A program made the translations under genes and the position numbers. The notes below the pieces were generated by a model. That model was not told the DNA's origin, ran no database searches, and saw only the letters and a list, made by a program, of their open reading frames with translations. 37,072 bases of DNA. It comes from Hydrogenophaga sp. (GTDB lineage Bacteria; Pseudomonadota; Gammaproteobacteria; Burkholderiales; Burkholderiaceae_C). Location of the stretch: assembly GCA_047636095.1 (NCBI GenBank), contig JBLIJY010000001.1, positions 1-37,072 on the forward strand, in the 5' to 3' direction. Below, in pieces: positions 19,399-30,130 of this stretch (position 1 is the stretch's first letter; each line of letters begins with the position of its first letter).

Positions 19399-19808
19399 CC
19401 TCCGCCTGGCGACCACCCGCCGCACCACACACAACCATGTTGAAGCTGCCGCCCCGTCTCGTCCAGTTCGCTTTCTGGGTGTGTGTGTTGATCACGGTCT
19501 TTTTGAGCCTGGTGCCAGTGGAACGCCTGCCGCAGGCTTTCCACTGGTGGGACAAGGCCCAGCACGCGCTGGGCTTCGCGGTGCTCACCGTCTTGGGTCT
19601 GCTGGCCTACCCCCAGGCGCGGTGGCGGCTTCCTGGGTACCTGTTGCTGTTGGGTGCATTCATCGAGCTGGCCCAGGCGGCCAGTGGCTGGCGGCGCGGC
19701 GACTGGCTGGACCTGCTGGCCGATGCGGTGGGCATTTTGGCGGTGATGGCAGTGTGGTGCGTGAGGCGGTCAAGGGGCAGCCACACCCCACCGCTGGGCC
19801 AAGACTGA
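19395..19808 (+). CDS. VanZ-like membrane protein
   Basis: [14 protein letters not shown] and [14 protein letters not shown] with hydrophobic segments. Alternative start ATG 19437. Confidence 0.82.
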   Translation: MTSAWRPPAAPHTTMLKLPPRLVQFAFWVCVLITVFLSLVPVERLPQAFHWWDKAQHALGFAVLTVLGLLAYPQARWRLPGYLLLLGAFIELAQAASGWRRGDWLDLLADAVGILAVMAVWCVRRSRGSHTPPLGQD

Positions 19809-19852
19809 GGCTCACGTTTCGAAGCCTGGGACGCTTGCGCACAATAGAGGCC

Positions 19853-20635
19853 ATGTTGCCATCGCCACCATCCTCCATGCTGCCCTGGCTGGCACCAGGC
19901 CAGGCGTTTCCACCGGTTGAAAACGCCTGGGGCGAAGCCGATCCGGCGCCGGGTTTGCTGGCTGCGGGTGGCGTGCTGGACGTTGCCACACTGATCGCCG
20001 CCTATTCAAAAGGCATCTTCCCTTGGTACAGCGCCGGTCAACCCATTCTGTGGTGGAGCACCCACCCGCGCATGGTGCTGCAGGTGGCGCAGTTCCGGTT
20101 GCACCGCTCCCTGCGCAAGTCGATCCGGGCCTTGTTGCAGGCTGACCGGCTTGACATTCGGATAGACCACGATGTCGCGCGCGTCATCCAAGCCTGTGCG
20201 CACGCGCCGCGCGATGGTCAGCAGGGCACCTGGATACTGCCTGAGATGGCGCAGGCCTACACCCGGCTGGCCAGCGCTGGCGCTGTGCACAGCGTGGAGA
20301 CCTGGATAGACGGCGAGCTGGCGGGTGGCCTGTACGCGGTCAACCTGGGGCGCATGGTGTTTGGTGAGTCGATGTTCAGCCGCCAGAGCGGCGCATCGAA
20401 GATCGCCCTGGCTGCCTTGGTCGCCTTCAGCCGCGCCCACGACATGGCTTGGATCGACTGCCAGCAAGAGACCAGCCACCTGGCATCGATGGGAGCACAA
20501 CCCGTGCCACGCGACGCCTTTTGCCACCACCTGCGCATGGCTTTGGGGCAGCCCGCACCGCACTGGAAGTTTGAGTCCATATACTGGCACACCCTTCTGG
20601 GAGAAACAGCCACTGACGGCAAATTTCTCACATGA
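19853..20635 (+). CDS. aat: Leucyl/phenylalanyl-tRNA--protein transferase
   Basis: [41 protein letters not shown] and IDCQ. Start taken at ATG 19853. Confidence 0.94.
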   Translation: MLPSPPSSMLPWLAPGQAFPPVENAWGEADPAPGLLAAGGVLDVATLIAAYSKGIFPWYSAGQPILWWSTHPRMVLQVAQFRLHRSLRKSIRALLQADRLDIRIDHDVARVIQACAHAPRDGQQGTWILPEMAQAYTRLASAGAVHSVETWIDGELAGGLYAVNLGRMVFGESMFSRQSGASKIALAALVAFSRAHDMAWIDCQQETSHLASMGAQPVPRDAFCHHLRMALGQPAPHWKFESIYWHTLLGETATDGKFLT

Positions 20636-21369
20636 CGCACCCCAAAGAACTCCCGCTCCAGGCCCTGCAGTTTTACGCCACAGCACCCTACCCTTGCAGC
20701 TATCTGCAAGGCCGACAAGCCCGTTCGCAAGTGGCAACGCCGAGCCACCTGATCCACGACGATGCCTATTCGGACCTGGTGACGCAGGGTTTTCGCCGCA
20801 GCGGCATGTTCACCTACCGGCCGTACTGCGATGGCTGCAACGCCTGCGTGCCGCTACGCGTGCCGGTGGCGCAGTTTGTGCCCAACCGCAGCCAGCGCCG
20901 CAGCCACAAGCAACACGCCCATCTGCACACACGGGTCCTCAAACTGTGTTTTGTGCCTGAGCACTACCAGCTTTACCTGCGCTACCAGAACAGCCGCCAC
21001 GCGGGTGGCGGCATGGACCGCGACAGCATCGATCAATACACCCAGTTCCTCCTGCAAAGCCGGGTGAACTCGCGCCTGGTGGAGTTCTTCGAGCCCGCAG
21101 CAGACGGCGCAGCGGAGCGCCTGAAAATAGTGTCCATCATCGATGTTCTGAGCGATGGGTTGTCAGCGGTCTATACCTTCTATGAGCCCGACGCAAAAGC
21201 CAGCTACGGCACCTACAGCGTCCTGTGGCAGATCAACCAAGCGCTGGAGCTGCAACTGCCCCATGTGTACCTGGGCTACTGGATCGCAGAGAGCGGCAAA
21301 ATGAACTACAAAGCGGGCTTTCAACCGCATCAGGTGCTGCGTGAGGGTCAGTGGATCACCGAGCGCTGA
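20632..21369 (+). CDS. bpt: ATE1-like aminoacyl-tRNA--protein transferase (Asp/Glu leucyltransferase Bpt; often annotated arginyltransferase)
   Basis: [32 protein letters not shown] and YLGYWI..SGKMNYK; ATGA overlap with aat. Confidence 0.9.
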   Translation: MTHPKELPLQALQFYATAPYPCSYLQGRQARSQVATPSHLIHDDAYSDLVTQGFRRSGMFTYRPYCDGCNACVPLRVPVAQFVPNRSQRRSHKQHAHLHTRVLKLCFVPEHYQLYLRYQNSRHAGGGMDRDSIDQYTQFLLQSRVNSRLVEFFEPAADGAAERLKIVSIIDVLSDGLSAVYTFYEPDAKASYGTYSVLWQINQALELQLPHVYLGYWIAESGKMNYKAGFQPHQVLREGQWITER

Positions 21370-21412
21370 GCAGACAAGATCGGTCGATATGCACCGCCTG
21401 GAAAGTGAGTGA

Positions 21413-21429
21413 ATTTCATCTTGTAAAAT
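21413..21429. promoter_or_regulatory. Possible IclR autoregulatory site overlapping a -10 element
   Basis: Imperfect palindrome ATTTCATCTTGTAAAAT containing TAAAAT, 20 bp upstream of the IclR start. Confidence 0.35.
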
Positions 21430-21448
21430 AGCAGCACCCACCGCTATC

Positions 21449-22249
21449 ATGACCAAACGACCCTCCCATCTCCCCAGCACGCCCACCGTTCAGGTGATTG
21501 AGCGCATGTTCAACCTGCTTGAGGTGCTGGCGTCACGCGAAGAATCGATCTCGCTGAAGGAAATCAGCGAAGAAACCGGCCTGCACCCCTCGACCGCCCA
21601 TCGCATCCTGAACGACCTGACGATTGGCCGTTTTGTGGACCGTCCCGAAGCCGGCAGCTACCGGCTGGGCATGCGTCTGCTGGAACTGGGTAATCTGGTC
21701 AAGGCGCGCCTGAGCGTGCGCGACGCAGCGCTGCAACCAATGCGGGACTTGCACAAGCTGACTCAGCAACCGGTGAGTTTGAGTTTGCGTCAGGGCGATG
21801 AGATCGTGTATGTCGAGCGCGCGTTCAGCGAGCGCTCAGGCATGCAGGTGGTGCGTGCCATTGGGGGTCGCGCGCCGCTTCACCTGACCTCGGTCGGCAA
21901 GCTGTTCCTGGCAGCGGAAGACCCGCAGCGGGTGCGCGCCTACGCCACGCGCACGGGTCTGGCCGGCAACACCCGCAACAGCCTGACGCAGCTCAGCGCC
22001 CTGGAGCGCGAGCTCGCGCAGTGCCGCCAGACGGGTGTTGCACGCGACAACGAAGAGCTTGAAATGGGTGTGCGCTGCATGGCCGCTGGCATCTACGATG
22101 ACCAAAATCACTTGGTGGCAGGTCTTTCGATTTCAGCGCCAGCAGATCGGCTGGAAGACGCTTGGTTGCCCAAGTTACGCGCCACCGCTTCCGGCATCTC
22201 GACCGCGTTGGGCTTCCACCAACCCGTCATCGCAGGCACTGTTCGGTAG
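21449..22249 (+). CDS. IclR-family transcriptional regulator
   Basis: N-terminal HTH (GLHPSTAHRIL), YRLGMRL, GGRAPLHLTSVGK and GVRCMAA. Confidence 0.93.
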   Translation: MTKRPSHLPSTPTVQVIERMFNLLEVLASREESISLKEISEETGLHPSTAHRILNDLTIGRFVDRPEAGSYRLGMRLLELGNLVKARLSVRDAALQPMRDLHKLTQQPVSLSLRQGDEIVYVERAFSERSGMQVVRAIGGRAPLHLTSVGKLFLAAEDPQRVRAYATRTGLAGNTRNSLTQLSALERELAQCRQTGVARDNEELEMGVRCMAAGIYDDQNHLVAGLSISAPADRLEDAWLPKLRATASGISTALGFHQPVIAGTVR

Positions 22250-22264
22250 GATCTGCCTCAATGC

Positions 22265-22299
22265 AACAAACAAGCGGCTGTTTGGGCCGCTTGTTTGTT
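22265..22299. terminator. Bidirectional terminator hairpin
   Basis: Perfect 14-bp stem aacaaacaagcggc / gccgcttgtttgtt between convergent IclR and pbpG. Confidence 0.8.
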
Positions 22300-22314
22300 T
22301 GGGTACCGTGTCGT

Positions 22315-23511
22315 TCAGCCTTGAGGGCTCACAAACAACTTCTGGTAGGTCTGCGCCTCAACCCAACGTCGCACGCGTTCTGCATCCTGGGAGCGGCTGA
22401 GTTTGCCTGTAGAGTCGAGAAACACCATGATGAGCTTGCGCCCGGCGATCTTGGTCTGCATAACCAAGCATCGGCCTGCTTCCGAGATGTAGCCGGTCTT
22501 CTGCAAACCAATGTCCCACTCTGGGTTTCGAATCAGGCGATTGGAGTTGTTGTATTGCAACGTGCGCCGACCCACGTCGAGCTCGTAACTGGGCGAAGTA
22601 GAGAACTCGCGCAACAAGGGGCGCTGATAGGCGATCGAGACCAAGGTGGCGAGGTCACGCGCGCTGGACTGATTCCAGCTGAGCAACCCGGTGGGCTCCA
22701 CATAGCGGGTGGCTTTCATGCCGAGTTCCTGGGCTTTGCTGTTCATGATTTTCACAAACTGCTGCATACCGCCTGGGAACGTACGCCCCAAAGCGTGTGC
22801 AGCCCGGTTCTCGCTGGACATCAGCGCCAGATGCATCATCTCGCCGCGGCTCAGCGTTGTTCCCACCGCCAGACGCGAACGACTGCCTTTGTAGGTGTCC
22901 ACATCGTCCTGGGTGATGGTGATCATCTCGCTCATCGACAGATCGGCATCGACAATCACCAGACCGGTCATGAGCTTGGTGAGCGAGGCGATAGGCAGCA
23001 CCGCAGACTCGTTTTTGCTGAACAAAACCTCACCTGAATCTTGGTCCACCACAAAAGCCACGCTGGAATTCAGATCCAGGGCGTCATCGGCGTGGCGCAA
23101 ACCGAGGCGCTCACCGGTTGTCAGGCGCGCTGGTGCTGCCGTTCGCATCACCGGTGCGGACACCGCCCGCTTGCTCGACGCTTGTTTCAAGTCTGACCGC
23201 TGGGCCTTGGCCGATAGGGTCACCCGTTGGCGCTTGTCCGGCTTCGCGGCAGCTTGACCTGCTCGAACCAATTTGCGGGTACCAATCTTTTCTGACTGGC
23301 GAGATCCCACGCTCTTTTTGCTTGCCACCGAGCGGGTAGTTTTGACCGACTTCGCTGACTCGGTCTTTTTTCGATCAACCGCCTTGGTGGTGACCGCTTT
23401 TTTGCTTGTCGTGGTGGCCTGAGACAGCGTAGGCCAACTTAACACCACACCCAGGACGGCCGCAGCAGTCACTTGAATCGCTTTTTGTAAGCAGGGTGCG
23501 CGAAAAATCAT
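22315..23511 (-). CDS. pbpG: D-alanyl-D-alanine endopeptidase (PBP7, peptidase S11)
   Basis: IASLTK, SSEN and QKTGYI; signal peptide followed by a long Lys/Arg/Ser/Thr-rich linker. Start at ATG 23511 with a GGAG Shine-Dalgarno. Confidence 0.88.
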   Translation of the reverse strand: MIFRAPCLQKAIQVTAAAVLGVVLSWPTLSQATTTSKKAVTTKAVDRKKTESAKSVKTTRSVASKKSVGSRQSEKIGTRKLVRAGQAAAKPDKRQRVTLSAKAQRSDLKQASSKRAVSAPVMRTAAPARLTTGERLGLRHADDALDLNSSVAFVVDQDSGEVLFSKNESAVLPIASLTKLMTGLVIVDADLSMSEMITITQDDVDTYKGSRSRLAVGTTLSRGEMMHLALMSSENRAAHALGRTFPGGMQQFVKIMNSKAQELGMKATRYVEPTGLLSWNQSSARDLATLVSIAYQRPLLREFSTSPSYELDVGRRTLQYNNSNRLIRNPEWDIGLQKTGYISEAGRCLVMQTKIAGRKLIMVFLDSTGKLSRSQDAERVRRWVEAQTYQKLFVSPQG

Positions 23512-23547
23512 GGGTCCACTCCAGCCAGCCAATTTAAGCCAGAGAGA

Positions 23548-23576
23548 AGTATAGGGTTCGCGAAAAAAACTAGCAA
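23548..23576 (-). promoter_or_regulatory. Sigma70-type promoter for pbpG
   Basis: Minus strand TTGCTA-17 bp-TATACT. Confidence 0.7.
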
Positions 23577-23679
23577 TATCAATCGCTTGTGAGACACAGT
23601 TCAATGATCGCTGAAACTTTTTGTCACTGTGCCATCCGTTTCAGCAATCATTTTAAAATTTCCTGCTAAGTCTTTGATT
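23577..23679. promoter_or_regulatory. Two inverted IHF consensus sites flanking a 15-bp inverted repeat
   Basis: TATCAATCGCTTG (+, 23577-23589) and AATCAAAGACTTA (-, 23679-23667) both match WATCAANNNNTTR. Inverted repeat at 23603-23617 and 23638-23652. Confidence 0.6.
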
Positions 23680-23688
23680 TACAAAAAA

Positions 23689-25230
23689 TTAACCCTGAGC
23701 GGCCACCCGATCGGCCTTGCTCTGCAACTTGTTCAAGGCACTGAGGTAGGCCTTGGCGGACGCCACCACAATGTCGGGATCTGCGCCCACACCGTTGACC
23801 ACCCGGCCACCATGCTGTAGCCGCACCGTCACCTCGCCCTGGCTCTCGGTGGATCCACTGGTGATGGCGTTGACCGAATACAGCACCAGTTCTGCACCGC
23901 TCTTCACATGAGACTCGATTGCCTTGAGTGAGGCATCAACCGGACCGTTGCCATCGGAGGCACCCCGGAATTCTTTGCCATGGATGGTGAACACCACCTC
24001 GGCATGGGGCCGCTCGCCGGTTTCGCTGTGCTGAGACAGCGAAACCAGACCGTATTGCTCCTTCTCGGCCGTCACGCTCTCGTCGCTGCACAGCGCCAAA
24101 ATGTCTTCGTCGAAAATCTCGCTTTTGCGGTCAGCCAGCTCTTTGAACGCGGCGAAAGCGGTGTTGATCTCGCTCTCTGAGCCCATCTCGATGCCGAGGT
24201 CTTGCAGGCGCTGTTTGAATGCGTTGCGGCCACTGAGCTTGCCCAGCACGATCTTGTTGGCGGCCCAGCCCACATCTTCAGCTCGCATGATTTCATAGGT
24301 GTCGCGCGCCTTGAGTACGCCGTCTTGGTGAATGCCGCTGGCGTGTGCGAAGGCGTTGGCGCCCACCACCGCCTTGTTGGGCTGCACCACAAAACCCGTC
24401 GTCTGGCTCACCATGCGGCTGGCGGGAACGATCTGGGTCGCATCGATACCGACATCCAGTTGAAAGTAGTCGCGCCGTGTGCGCAGCGCCATCACAATTT
24501 CTTCCAGCGCACAGTTGCCGGCGCGCTCACCCAGACCGTTGATCGTGCACTCCACCTGCCGCGCGCCGCCGATTTTCACGCCAGCCAACGAGTTGGCCAC
24601 CGCCATGCCGAGGTCGTTGTGGCAATGGACCGACCAGATCACCTTGTCCGAATTGGGCACGCGCTCGCGCAAGGTGCGGATGAACTCGCCGTAAAGCTCG
24701 GGGATCGCATAGCCCACGGTGTCGGGGATGTTGAGGGTGGTGGCGCCTTCTTTGATCACCGCTTCCAGCACGCGGCAGAGAAAGTCCATGTCGCTGCGGT
24801 AGCCGTCTTCCGGGCTGAACTCAACGTCTTCAACCAGGTTGCGGGCAAAGCGCACCGACTGCTTGGCCTGTTCCAGCACCTGGTCGCGCGTCATGCGCAG
24901 CTTTTTCTCCATATGGAGTTCGCTGGTGGCGATGAAGGTGTGAATGCGGGCACGGTTGGCGCCTTTGAGCGCTTCGGCGGCACGCGCAATATCGCGATCG
25001 TTGGCGCGCGCCAGCGAACACACAGTGGCGTCTTTGATGGTGTTGGCGATCGCCTGCACACATTCGAAGTCACCGTTGGAACTGGCGGCAAAACCGGCCT
25101 CAATCACGTCGACCCTGAGACGCTCGAGCTGGCGTGCAATGCGCAGCTTTTCGTCCTTGGTCATGGAGGCGCCAGGCGATTGCTCGCCGTCGCGCAAGGT
25201 GGTGTCAAAAATGATGAGCTTGTCGGTCAT
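23689..25230 (-). CDS. leuA: 2-isopropylmalate synthase
   Basis: [28 protein letters not shown] and HASGIHQDG plus the C-terminal regulatory domain (GNGPVDA). Start at ATG 25230 with a GGAG Shine-Dalgarno. Confidence 0.97.
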   Translation of the reverse strand: MTDKLIIFDTTLRDGEQSPGASMTKDEKLRIARQLERLRVDVIEAGFAASSNGDFECVQAIANTIKDATVCSLARANDRDIARAAEALKGANRARIHTFIATSELHMEKKLRMTRDQVLEQAKQSVRFARNLVEDVEFSPEDGYRSDMDFLCRVLEAVIKEGATTLNIPDTVGYAIPELYGEFIRTLRERVPNSDKVIWSVHCHNDLGMAVANSLAGVKIGGARQVECTINGLGERAGNCALEEIVMALRTRRDYFQLDVGIDATQIVPASRMVSQTTGFVVQPNKAVVGANAFAHASGIHQDGVLKARDTYEIMRAEDVGWAANKIVLGKLSGRNAFKQRLQDLGIEMGSESEINTAFAAFKELADRKSEIFDEDILALCSDESVTAEKEQYGLVSLSQHSETGERPHAEVVFTIHGKEFRGASDGNGPVDASLKAIESHVKSGAELVLYSVNAITSGSTESQGEVTVRLQHGGRVVNGVGADPDIVVASAKAYLSALNKLQSKADRVAAQG

Positions 25231-25261
25231 GTGATTCTCCAGTGACCTCATGGGTCAGGTC

Positions 25262-25337
25262 TAAAAAAACCCGCAGTCCAAAACGAAAACGGCCCGCTGC
25301 GGGTGCATACGGGCCGTTGGGGTTGATCGCTCGCGCG
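25262..25337 (-). terminator. leuA attenuator hairpin region
   Basis: Minus strand aacggcccg...cgggccgtttt, and an overlapping acccgcag...ctgcgggttttttt, directly after the leader peptide. Confidence 0.75.
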
Positions 25338-25394
25338 TTACCGTACCTGCCCTTGGCGGACACCCAGTAGTAGCGCGAAAAAAACCTGTTTCAT
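25338..25394 (-). CDS. leuL: leu operon leader (attenuator) peptide, MKQVFFALLLGVRQGQVR
   Basis: 18-aa ORF with tandem Leu codons CTA CTA CTG, upstream of leuA and followed by terminator-type hairpins. Confidence 0.8.
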   Translation of the reverse strand: MKQVFFALLLGVRQGQVR

Positions 25395-25459
25395 AAAGAG
25401 CAATGTATCACAAAGACTTTGGGACTCTGGCGGCCTGTGGCGAACATCGGGCGCAGCGC

Positions 25460-26269
25460 CTATTCGTGCAGGCCGCGTTCGTCGGGCTCGTCGGTGGACA
25501 TGCTGATCACGCTGGTGGGCCGACCCTTGGCCTTTCGCCAGACATAGATGGCGTAGCCCGACAAACCGTACACCACAAACAAGCCAAACAACACCGTGGG
25601 CGGATGGATGTTGATCACCGCAATGCCCAGGGCGACCAGGACGATCGCTGCAAACGGCACGCTCTTCTTCAAGCTCAGGTCCTTGAAGCTGTAGAACGGC
25701 ACATTGGTCACCATGGTCAAACCGGCAAAGAGGGTGATCGCGAACATGGCCCACGTCGCGTCTCCAGACGGAATTTCCAGGTCGGTCATGAGCCAGATGA
25801 AGCCCGCCACCAAGGCTGCTGCCGCAGGCGACGGCAGACCTTGAAAAAAACGTTTGTCGACTACCCCGGTGTTGACGTTGAAACGCGCCAGGCGCAACGC
25901 GGCACAGGCTAGGTAGACGAAGGCCGCGATCCAGCCCCAGCGACCCAGGGTGCTGAGCGTCCAGATGTAGGCCACCAAGGCTGGCGCAGCGCCAAAGGAG
26001 ACCATGTCGGAGAGCGAATCCATCTGCTCCCCAAACGCACTCTGGGTATTGGTCATGCGCGCCACGCGGCCGTCCAGGCTGTCGAGCACCATTGAGAGAA
26101 ACAGAGCCACCGTGGCGAGTTCAAAGCGGCCGTTCATGGCCATGACGATCGCATAAAACCCACCGAACAACGCGGCCAGCGTGATCATGTTGGGCACCAT
26201 GTAAATGCCTTTGGCGCGCTTGCGCGTTTCACTGTGTGACTCGTGCTGGGGATTGGTTCCGTCGTGCAT
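25460..26269 (-). CDS. pssA: CDP-diacylglycerol--serine O-phosphatidyltransferase
   Basis: PNMITLAALFGG, DSLDGRVARMTNTQSAFGEQMDSLSD and RLARFN. Start taken at ATG 26269. Confidence 0.93.
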   Translation of the reverse strand: MHDGTNPQHESHSETRKRAKGIYMVPNMITLAALFGGFYAIVMAMNGRFELATVALFLSMVLDSLDGRVARMTNTQSAFGEQMDSLSDMVSFGAAPALVAYIWTLSTLGRWGWIAAFVYLACAALRLARFNVNTGVVDKRFFQGLPSPAAAALVAGFIWLMTDLEIPSGDATWAMFAITLFAGLTMVTNVPFYSFKDLSLKKSVPFAAIVLVALGIAVINIHPPTVLFGLFVVYGLSGYAIYVWRKAKGRPTSVISMSTDEPDERGLHE

Positions 26270-26357
26270 GGGGATCCTGTGGGTCACGCTTGCTGCGCGA
26301 TGTTGAGCAGTCGTTGTGGACTGGGTCAGTGTAAGGCAGCGTTCTGTTGAGCGCCCA

Positions 26358-26387
26358 AGACAAAGGCCACCGAAGTGGCCTTTGTCT
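26358..26387 (-). terminator. Terminator hairpin downstream of ilvC
   Basis: Perfect 13-bp stem agacaaaggccac / gtggcctttgtct with a C(UUCG)G tetraloop on the minus strand. Confidence 0.8.
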
Positions 26388-26426
26388 GGATCGAGGTGGA
26401 CCGGAGCCTGGGTCTCGGTCCCGCGA

Positions 26427-28077
<1,651 letters not shown>

Positions 28078-28150
28078 GATGAAAAGTCCTCTTTTCTGAG
28101 CCCTCCCCTGCGCACGGTAATGCGCGGGCTTGGCTGCAAATAGATTCGTC
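28078..28150 (-). ncRNA. Structured cis-regulatory RNA candidate upstream of ilvN/ilvH (possible ilvH RNA motif)
   Basis: Bulged stem agccc-gcgca / tgcgc-agggga-gggct and hairpin gaaaag-AGGA-cttttc enclosing the Shine-Dalgarno. The position matches the betaproteobacterial ilvH motif as I recall it; not verified. Confidence 0.45.
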
Positions 28151-28156
28151 TGGGGA

Positions 28157-28183
28157 CCACCCGCAGCAGAACGCTGCGGGTGG
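28157..28183. other. 11-bp perfect GC hairpin just after the ilvB stop
   Basis: ccacccgcagc-agaac-gctgcgggtgg; no U tract follows on the coding strand. Confidence 0.7.
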
Positions 28184-28193
28184 AGAAAAAGGA

Positions 28194-29969
28194 TCAGAGG
28201 TCTTCGGAGCCCAGCAACATCTCGGTGATGCCCTTGCCAGCCTTGACCATCGGGAAGACGTTCTCTGTCGGATCGGTGCGGAAGTCCATGAACACGGTGC
28301 GGTCCTTTAGCTTGCGCGCCTCGCGCAGCGCCGGCTCCACATCCTCAGGCCGCTCGATCAGCATGCCGACGTGGCCATAGGCTTCTGCCAGCTTCACGAA
28401 GTTCGGCAGCGCGTCCATGTAGCTGTGGCTGTAGCGGCCTTCGTAGTCGATCTCCTGCCACTGCCGCACCATGCCGAGGTAGCGGTTGTTCAGCGCACAG
28501 ATCTTGATCGGGGTGTTGTACTGCAGGCAGGTCGAGAGCTCCTGGATACACATCTGCACCGAGCCCTCGCCTGTGACGCAAAACACCTCGGCCTCGGGCT
28601 TGGCCAGCTTGATGCCCATGGCGTAGGGAATTCCCACGCCCATGGTGCCCAAGCCACCGGAGTTGATCCAGCGACGCGGTTCGTCGAAGCGGTAGTACTG
28701 GGCGGCCCACATCTGGTGCTGACCCACATCGGAGGTGATGTAGGCCTCCACGTCTTTGGTCATGTTCCACAGCGTCTCCACCACGTACTGCGGCTTGATG
28801 ACATCTTTGTTGCTGTTGTCGTACTTCAGGCAGTCTTTGGAGCGCCAGGCTTCGATGGTCGACCACCAGCCGGCCAGCGCTTGGGTGTCCATGCGGGTGG
28901 TGGTCTCGCGCACCATGTTGATCAGCTCGGTCAACACGTCTTTCACGTCGCCCACGATCGGAATGTCGACCTTGACGCGCTTGGAGATGCTCGACGGGTC
29001 GATGTCGATATGAATGATCTTGCGTTCGTTCTGCGCGAAATGCTTGGGATTGCCGATGACGCGGTCGTCAAAACGCGCGCCCACCGCCAGCAGCACGTCG
29101 CAGTTTTGCATCGCGTTGTTGGCTTCCACCGTGCCGTGCATGCCCAGCATGCCGAGGAACTTCCTGTCAGAGGCCGGGTAAGCGCCCAAGCCCATCAGGG
29201 TGTTGGTGACCGGATAGCCGAGCAAATCGACCAGCGTGCGCAACTCTTGCACCGCATTGCCCAGCAGCACGCCGCCGCCGGTGTAGATATAGGGTCGCTT
29301 CGCGGTGAGGAGCAACTGCAAGGCTTTGCGGATCTGGCCGCCGTGGCCTTTGCGCACCGGGTTGTACGAGCGCATCTCGACCGACTCGGGATAGCCGGTG
29401 TAGGGCACCTTGTTGAAGGAGACGTCTTTTGGGATGTCGACCACCACCGGGCCGGGGCGGCCGGTTCGGGCGATGTGGAAGGCTTTCTTCATCACCATCG
29501 CCATGTCGCGCGCATCCTTCACCAGAAAGTTGTGCTTGACGATGGGGCGGGTAATGCCGACCGTGTCGCACTCCTGGAATGCATCGAGGCCGATCGCGGT
29601 CGTTGGCACTTGCCCGGTGATGATCACCATCGGGATGCTGTCCATGTAGGCGGTGGCAATACCGGTCACAGCGTTGGTCACGCCTGGACCTGAAGTCACC
29701 AGGGCAACGCCCACATCGCCGGTGGCGCGGGCATAGCCATCGGCGGCGTGCACGGCGGCCTGTTCATGGCGCACCAGCACATGCTGAATCGTGTCTTGCT
29801 TGTAGAACGCGTCGTAGATGTGCAGTACCGCGCCACCGGGATAGCCCCAGATGTACTTGACACCCTCGGCCTGCAGTGCCTTGACGAGGATTTCCCCGCC
29901 ACGCAATTCTTGAACATTGGCGCTGCTGGCGGCAGCGGCTGAGGCCAGTTCGGCCTTGTTGATTTCCAT
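28194..29969 (-). CDS. ilvB: Acetolactate synthase large (catalytic) subunit
   Basis: WGYPGGAVL, RHEQAA, TSGPGVTN, DVGQHQMWAAQ, SGGLGTMG and ThDP motif GEGSVQM...NNRYLGMVRQWQ. Start at ATG 29969. Confidence 0.97.
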   Translation of the reverse strand: MEINKAELASAAAASSANVQELRGGEILVKALQAEGVKYIWGYPGGAVLHIYDAFYKQDTIQHVLVRHEQAAVHAADGYARATGDVGVALVTSGPGVTNAVTGIATAYMDSIPMVIITGQVPTTAIGLDAFQECDTVGITRPIVKHNFLVKDARDMAMVMKKAFHIARTGRPGPVVVDIPKDVSFNKVPYTGYPESVEMRSYNPVRKGHGGQIRKALQLLLTAKRPYIYTGGGVLLGNAVQELRTLVDLLGYPVTNTLMGLGAYPASDRKFLGMLGMHGTVEANNAMQNCDVLLAVGARFDDRVIGNPKHFAQNERKIIHIDIDPSSISKRVKVDIPIVGDVKDVLTELINMVRETTTRMDTQALAGWWSTIEAWRSKDCLKYDNSNKDVIKPQYVVETLWNMTKDVEAYITSDVGQHQMWAAQYYRFDEPRRWINSGGLGTMGVGIPYAMGIKLAKPEAEVFCVTGEGSVQMCIQELSTCLQYNTPIKICALNNRYLGMVRQWQEIDYEGRYSHSYMDALPNFVKLAEAYGHVGMLIERPEDVEPALREARKLKDRTVFMDFRTDPTENVFPMVKAGKGITEMLLGSEDL

Positions 29970-30121
29970 GATGAACCTTTCGAGAATTTCTCTGACGAAA
30001 TACCTTGGGTGCTCCTTTGCCTGCTCTTGTGAAGCGGCATCGGAACTTGAGACCAAGGACATGAACGGACGCATACTCCGCTGGACCTTGAACCGTTTGC
30101 CTTTTTGAAACGCAGCCTGCG

Positions 30122-30130
30122 ATTATCGCA
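30122..30130 (-). promoter_or_regulatory. Candidate extended -10 for ilvB
   Basis: Minus strand TGC-GATAAT; a similar TGC-GACAAT lies on the plus strand at 30221-30229 before the RDD gene. Confidence 0.45.

Noticed and set aside
19355-19852. Apparent N-terminal extensions of aat, and likewise of the nitronate monooxygenase, dctM, ilvC, LOG, glnB and asparaginase
   Set aside because: Artefacts of taking the first possible start codon; they overlap neighbouring genes or regulatory DNA and lack family similarity.
23100-23420. Lys/Arg-rich low-complexity region of PBP7 as an insertion or separate gene
   Set aside because: It is in frame after the signal peptide and has no internal DNA repeat; as I recall, such basic linkers are usual in betaproteobacterial PBP7.
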